From NCBI RefSeq assembly GCF_040182365.1, contig NZ_CP144460.1, forward strand, positions 4,578,935 to 4,642,934: 64,000 nucleotides of DNA, written 5' to 3'. The translations under genes and the position numbers were made by a program. The DNA is from Xanthomonas sp. 10-10 (lineage in GTDB: Bacteria; Pseudomonadota; Gammaproteobacteria; Xanthomonadales; Xanthomonadaceae). The notes below the pieces were generated by a model, which saw nothing but the letters and a program-made list of their open reading frames with translations, did no database searches and was not told where the DNA came from. Shown here one piece after another: positions 59,876 through 64,000 of the stretch (its first letter is position 1; the number at the start of each line of letters is the position of its first letter).

Positions 59876-60247
59876 TGGCTGGCCCGGCGAACACAGCGCC
59901 GGTCCGCGTTATCGCTCGCAGCACCGTAGCGATGTTGTCCCCACCACGCTGCATCCGGATGGGCTTGCTGCAATGAAACATCCTCGCTGGAGAGCCGAAC
60001 GCGATCCAGCCCATCGGCCTGAAGCAGGTTGTTGTGCTGTTTGAAGGGCTTCGAACGGCATCGAACACGAGGTTACCCGCGAGTGCTGCATACGGCGATC
60101 CGGCTGGGTTGGCTCGCCTCGCACACCGCGCAGCAACGCGCTGCCGCTTGATCGCCTTACCGTCGTCGTGCATCGCATCGCCGCTCTTGCAGTCGCAGTC
60201 GCTGTGCCGCACCGCTTCCTCATCCCATTGCATCGCCAGGAGTCGCC

Positions 60248-60937
<690 letters not shown>

Positions 60938-60949
60938 GGGAGCGCTGCC

Positions 60950-62110
60950 ATGAAGTATTTCTCGCTGGTATGGGCGCAGTTGTTCCGCAGCAAGACGCGG
61001 ACCTTGCTGACCTTGTTGTCTGTGGTGGCTGCGTTCTTATTGTTCGGCATGCTGGATTCGGTACGCGTGGCCTTCAACTCCGGCGGCAGCGTCAGCGGCG
61101 TCGACCGCCTGGTGGTGGCCTCGCGCCTGTCGATCACCCAGTCGCTACCGATCCGGCTGGAAGCGCAGGTGCGCAGCGTGCCGGGCGTACGCGATGTGAC
61201 CTCGGCGATGTGGTTCGGCGGCATCTATCGCGACCCGAAGAACTTCTTCGCCAACTTTTCGGTGGCGCCGAACTTTTTCGATGTCTACAGCGAATACGCG
61301 CTGCCCAAGGACCAGCTCAAGGCGTTCCAGACCACGCGCACCGGCGCGGTGGTCGGCGAAACCCTGGCCAAGGAATTCGGCTGGAAGCTCGGCGACACCA
61401 TCCCGTTGCAGGCCACCATCTTCCCGCGCGGCGGCAGCAACGACTGGCCGCTGCAACTGGTCGGCATCTTTCGTGTGAAAGACCGCACCGTGGCGGCCAA
61501 TCAGGAGCGCCAGTTGATGATGAACTGGAAATACTTCGACGAATCCAACGACTACATCAAGAACCAGGTGAGCTGGTTGACGGTGACCCTGAGCAACCCC
61601 GACCAGGCCTCGCGCGTGGCGCAGGCCATCGATGCGTTGTCGGCCAACTCCGATCACGAGACCAAATCGCAAACCGAATCGGCGTTTCAGCAGGCCTTCG
61701 TCAAGCAGTTTGCCGATATCGGGCTGATCGTCACCTCGATCATGGCCGCGGTGTTCTTCACCTTGCTGCTGCTGACCGGCAACACCATGGCGCAGGCGGT
61801 ACGCGAGCGCATTCCGGAGCTGGCCACACTCAAGACGCTGGGCTTTCAGGATCGCACGGTGCTGAGCCTGGTGATGATCGAATCGGTGTTGTTGATCGGC
61901 CTGGGTGGCCTGATCGGCATGGGCCTGGCAGCCTTGGTCATCCCTGCGGTGTCCGCGCGCAGCGGCGGGCTGATGCCCACCCAGACCGTGCCGCTGCAGA
62001 CCTGGCTGGTGGCGTTTGGCCTGATGGCCGGCATCGGCATCGTGGTGGGTGTGCTGCCGGCGTTACGCGCGCAGCGCTTGAAGATCGTCGATGCCCTCGC
62101 CGGCCGCTGA
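60950..62110 (+). CDS. ABC transporter permease, FtsX/MacB-type (4 TM segments + periplasmic domain)
   Basis: The FtsX-like C-terminal domain reads RIPELATLKTLGFQDRTVLSLV. Confidence 0.8.
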   Translation: MKYFSLVWAQLFRSKTRTLLTLLSVVAAFLLFGMLDSVRVAFNSGGSVSGVDRLVVASRLSITQSLPIRLEAQVRSVPGVRDVTSAMWFGGIYRDPKNFFANFSVAPNFFDVYSEYALPKDQLKAFQTTRTGAVVGETLAKEFGWKLGDTIPLQATIFPRGGSNDWPLQLVGIFRVKDRTVAANQERQLMMNWKYFDESNDYIKNQVSWLTVTLSNPDQASRVAQAIDALSANSDHETKSQTESAFQQAFVKQFADIGLIVTSIMAAVFFTLLLLTGNTMAQAVRERIPELATLKTLGFQDRTVLSLVMIESVLLIGLGGLIGMGLAALVIPAVSARSGGLMPTQTVPLQTWLVAFGLMAGIGIVVGVLPALRAQRLKIVDALAGR

Positions 62111-62123
62111 CAGGAGCATGCAC

Positions 62124-63443
62124 ATGCAACGCAAATGGAAAGATCGTGGCGTTACCTTGTTGTCCATCGTGCTGCTGGCGCTCGGCCTGGGGCTGTGGAT
62201 CGTGCTGCCGTGGATGTGGTTGCTGCCGATCGCGGTGCTGCTGGCGGTGTGGCTGGCGGTCACGCGCACGGGCCGCCTGTCGCTGGCGGCCGCGCGCATC
62301 GGCATCGCCAGCCTGCCGCAACGCTGGGGGTCCACGTCGGTGATCGTGGTCGGCATTGCCGGCGTGGTCGGCGTGCTGGTGGCGATGCTGGCGATGGGCC
62401 AGGGCTTCCAGGCCACGCTCAACAGCACCGGCGACGACACCACCGCGATCGTCTTGCGTGGCGGCTCGCAGGCGGAAACCAACTCGGTGATCACCCGCGA
62501 CCTGGTGCCGCTGATCGGCAGCCTGCCCGGCATTGCCGCCGATGCCAACGGGCGCCCGATGGTATCGCCGGAGTTGTCGCAGGTGGTCAACATCGCCTCG
62601 CGCTCCGATGGCACCGACGTCAACGCGCAGTTGCGTGGCGTGGGCGAGCAGGCCTGGGGCGTGCACGACAAGGTCAAGATCGTGCAGGGCCGCCGCTTCA
62701 CCACCGGCCTGCGCGAGATGGTGGTCGGCAAGGGCGCGTTGAACCAGTTCCGCGGCCTGGAGCTGGGCAACACGCTGACCCTGGGCAGCCAGCAATGGAC
62801 GGTGGTGGGCGTGTTCGCCTCCGGCGATGCGCACGACTCGGAGATGTGGACCGATGCGCAGACGCTGGCCACCACCTACAACCGCCGCGCGTACCAGTCG
62901 ATCACCGTGCGTACCGCCGGCAAGGCCGGCTTCGATCAGTTCAAGACGGCCATGGCGGCCGACCCGCGGCTCAAGCTGGATGTGGAAACCACCCGCGCGT
63001 ATTACGGCAAGCAGGGCGGCGGGTTGAACAGGTTGATCAGCATCCTGGGCACGGTGATCGGCGCGATCATGGCGGTGGGCGCGGTGTTCGGCGCGCTCAA
63101 CACCATGTACGCGGCGGTGGCCACGCGTGCGCGCGAGATCGCCACGATGCGCGCGATCGGGTTTCGCGGCACGCCGGTGATCATGGCGCTGATGCTGGAA
63201 ACCATGTTGCTGGCACTGCTGGGCGGGTTGCTGGGCGGATTGATCGCCTGGGCGGTGTTCAACGGCTATACCGTCTCCACGCTGGGCAACAACTTCAGCC
63301 AGGTGGTGTTCCAGTTCAAGGTGTCGCCGGAGCTGCTGTGGAGCGGCTTGAAATGGGCGCTGGGCATTGGCCTGGTCGGGGGGTTGTTCCCGGCGTTGCG
63401 GGCGGCGCGCTTGCCGATCACCACGGCATTGCGTGAGGTGTAG
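62124..63443 (+). CDS. Second ABC transporter permease, FtsX/MacB-type
   Basis: REIATMRAIGFRGTPVIMALMLE is present. AGGAG SD lies 7 nt upstream of the ATG (alternative ATG at 62118). Confidence 0.8.
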   Translation: MQRKWKDRGVTLLSIVLLALGLGLWIVLPWMWLLPIAVLLAVWLAVTRTGRLSLAAARIGIASLPQRWGSTSVIVVGIAGVVGVLVAMLAMGQGFQATLNSTGDDTTAIVLRGGSQAETNSVITRDLVPLIGSLPGIAADANGRPMVSPELSQVVNIASRSDGTDVNAQLRGVGEQAWGVHDKVKIVQGRRFTTGLREMVVGKGALNQFRGLELGNTLTLGSQQWTVVGVFASGDAHDSEMWTDAQTLATTYNRRAYQSITVRTAGKAGFDQFKTAMAADPRLKLDVETTRAYYGKQGGGLNRLISILGTVIGAIMAVGAVFGALNTMYAAVATRAREIATMRAIGFRGTPVIMALMLETMLLALLGGLLGGLIAWAVFNGYTVSTLGNNFSQVVFQFKVSPELLWSGLKWALGIGLVGGLFPALRAARLPITTALREV

Positions 63444-63612
63444 GCGGGCCTTTGGCCCGTCGGGATTCGGGATTCGTAGAGTCGAGCAAGGCGCGTGCTT
63501 TCGGTATCTGAATGTATTGCAGGCTGTCATCGTTTTGTCACCGCAGTGCGGTAGATGCGCGGGCCGGGCAGGCCGTAGCCTGCTCGGCCGTTTGATCCAG
63601 CGATGTACTGCC

Positions 63613-64000
63613 ATGACGCGCCTGTTTCTGCTGGCCTGCGCCTGCCTGTGGCTGGCCGGCTGTTCTTCGTCCTCCACCTCGCTCAGCGAGCGCCTGGTCG
63701 CGCCCGGCGGCGTGTCGCCGTTGCTGGACGAAGAACGCATCGCCGCCACCATCGCCACGGTGCCCAGCCGCAGCGGCCACGTGACCACGCGCGATCAGGT
63801 GCCGATCTTCTGGCGTGCGATCGATCCGGGTCAGTACGCCATGCGCTACCGCTACCTGGGCCAGCGCAACGACCCGGCGCATGCGCTGGATGTAGATTTC
63901 AGCTTCAGCGTACCCCACGTGCCGCCGCCAGCGCCGCGTGGCACCGTGGTGGTGCTGCACGGCTGGATGATGGACGGCGATTCGCTGTTGCCGTGGTCGC
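63613..64000 (+). CDS. Lipoprotein alpha/beta hydrolase, 5' part (3' end outside the window)
   Basis: The lipobox is LWLAGCSSS. HGW (VVLHGWMMDG) is typical of esterase N-termini. The ORF is open to the window end, so it is not in the track. Confidence 0.55.
   Translation, partial: MTRLFLLACACLWLAGCSSSSTSLSERLVAPGGVSPLLDEERIAATIATVPSRSGHVTTRDQVPIFWRAIDPGQYAMRYRYLGQRNDPAHALDVDFSFSVPHVPPPAPRGTVVVLHGWMMDGDSLLPWS

Noticed and set aside
61938-63788. 616-aa minus ORF
   Set aside because: It is antisense to the two permease genes.

Overview
This is a high-GC (~65%) chromosomal segment in Xanthomonadaceae style (argS, SPOR, speA/speE, glnB, ubiK, comM, rtcB and desT-desCB-like genes, plus short ctccc-NNN-gggag palindromic hairpins). 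Roughly 58 protein-coding genes can be supported. About half are conserved housekeeping or stress genes: argS (3' part), speA, speE, glnB, ubiK, a YifB/ComM ATPase, lipocalin, DegP/MucD, a DUF883-YqjE-YqjK operon, an AI-2E transporter, a HAD hydrolase, an M17 aminopeptidase, an ECF sigma/anti-sigma pair with a catalase-related protein and cytochrome b561, two two-component systems, and a MacAB-like efflux system with split permeases. The most unusual content is a minus-strand operon at 3.8-10.5 kb. It encodes a single-module NRPS (C-A-T-TE) whose A domain carries a glycine-type specificity code, and the NRPS gene overlaps a GT1 (RhlB/MGT-like) glycosyltransferase gene by 8 nt. A membrane acyltransferase-3 gene follows, and a 1.1-kb lower-GC noncoding region with two paralogous ~75-bp repeats lies upstream. 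The architecture resembles SwrW (serratamolide) and RhlB logic and suggests an undescribed glycosylated or O-acylated N-acyl-glycine lipoamino-acid pathway. Other notable items: a terminator-like hairpin plus U-tract inside the speA 5' leader (candidate attenuator); tandem TGGTATT-type direct repeats (NagQ-like) in front of a GH84 beta-N-acetylglucosaminidase gene; two decayed tRNA-like elements (one with a UCA anticodon) in a 1.5-kb noncoding stretch beside an SPFH-RtcB gene pair; divergent ECF-type promoters (GGAAT-N16-CGTC) flanking the sigma/catalase locus; a (GGGTTGA)n G-quadruplex-type repeat fused to the stop codon of a histone-H1-like gene that itself contains 33-bp tandem repeats; a small SD-preceded ORF (58 aa) missing from the six-frame track; and several REP-like palindromes. 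Many long ORFs in the track are antisense or high-GC artefacts and were rejected.
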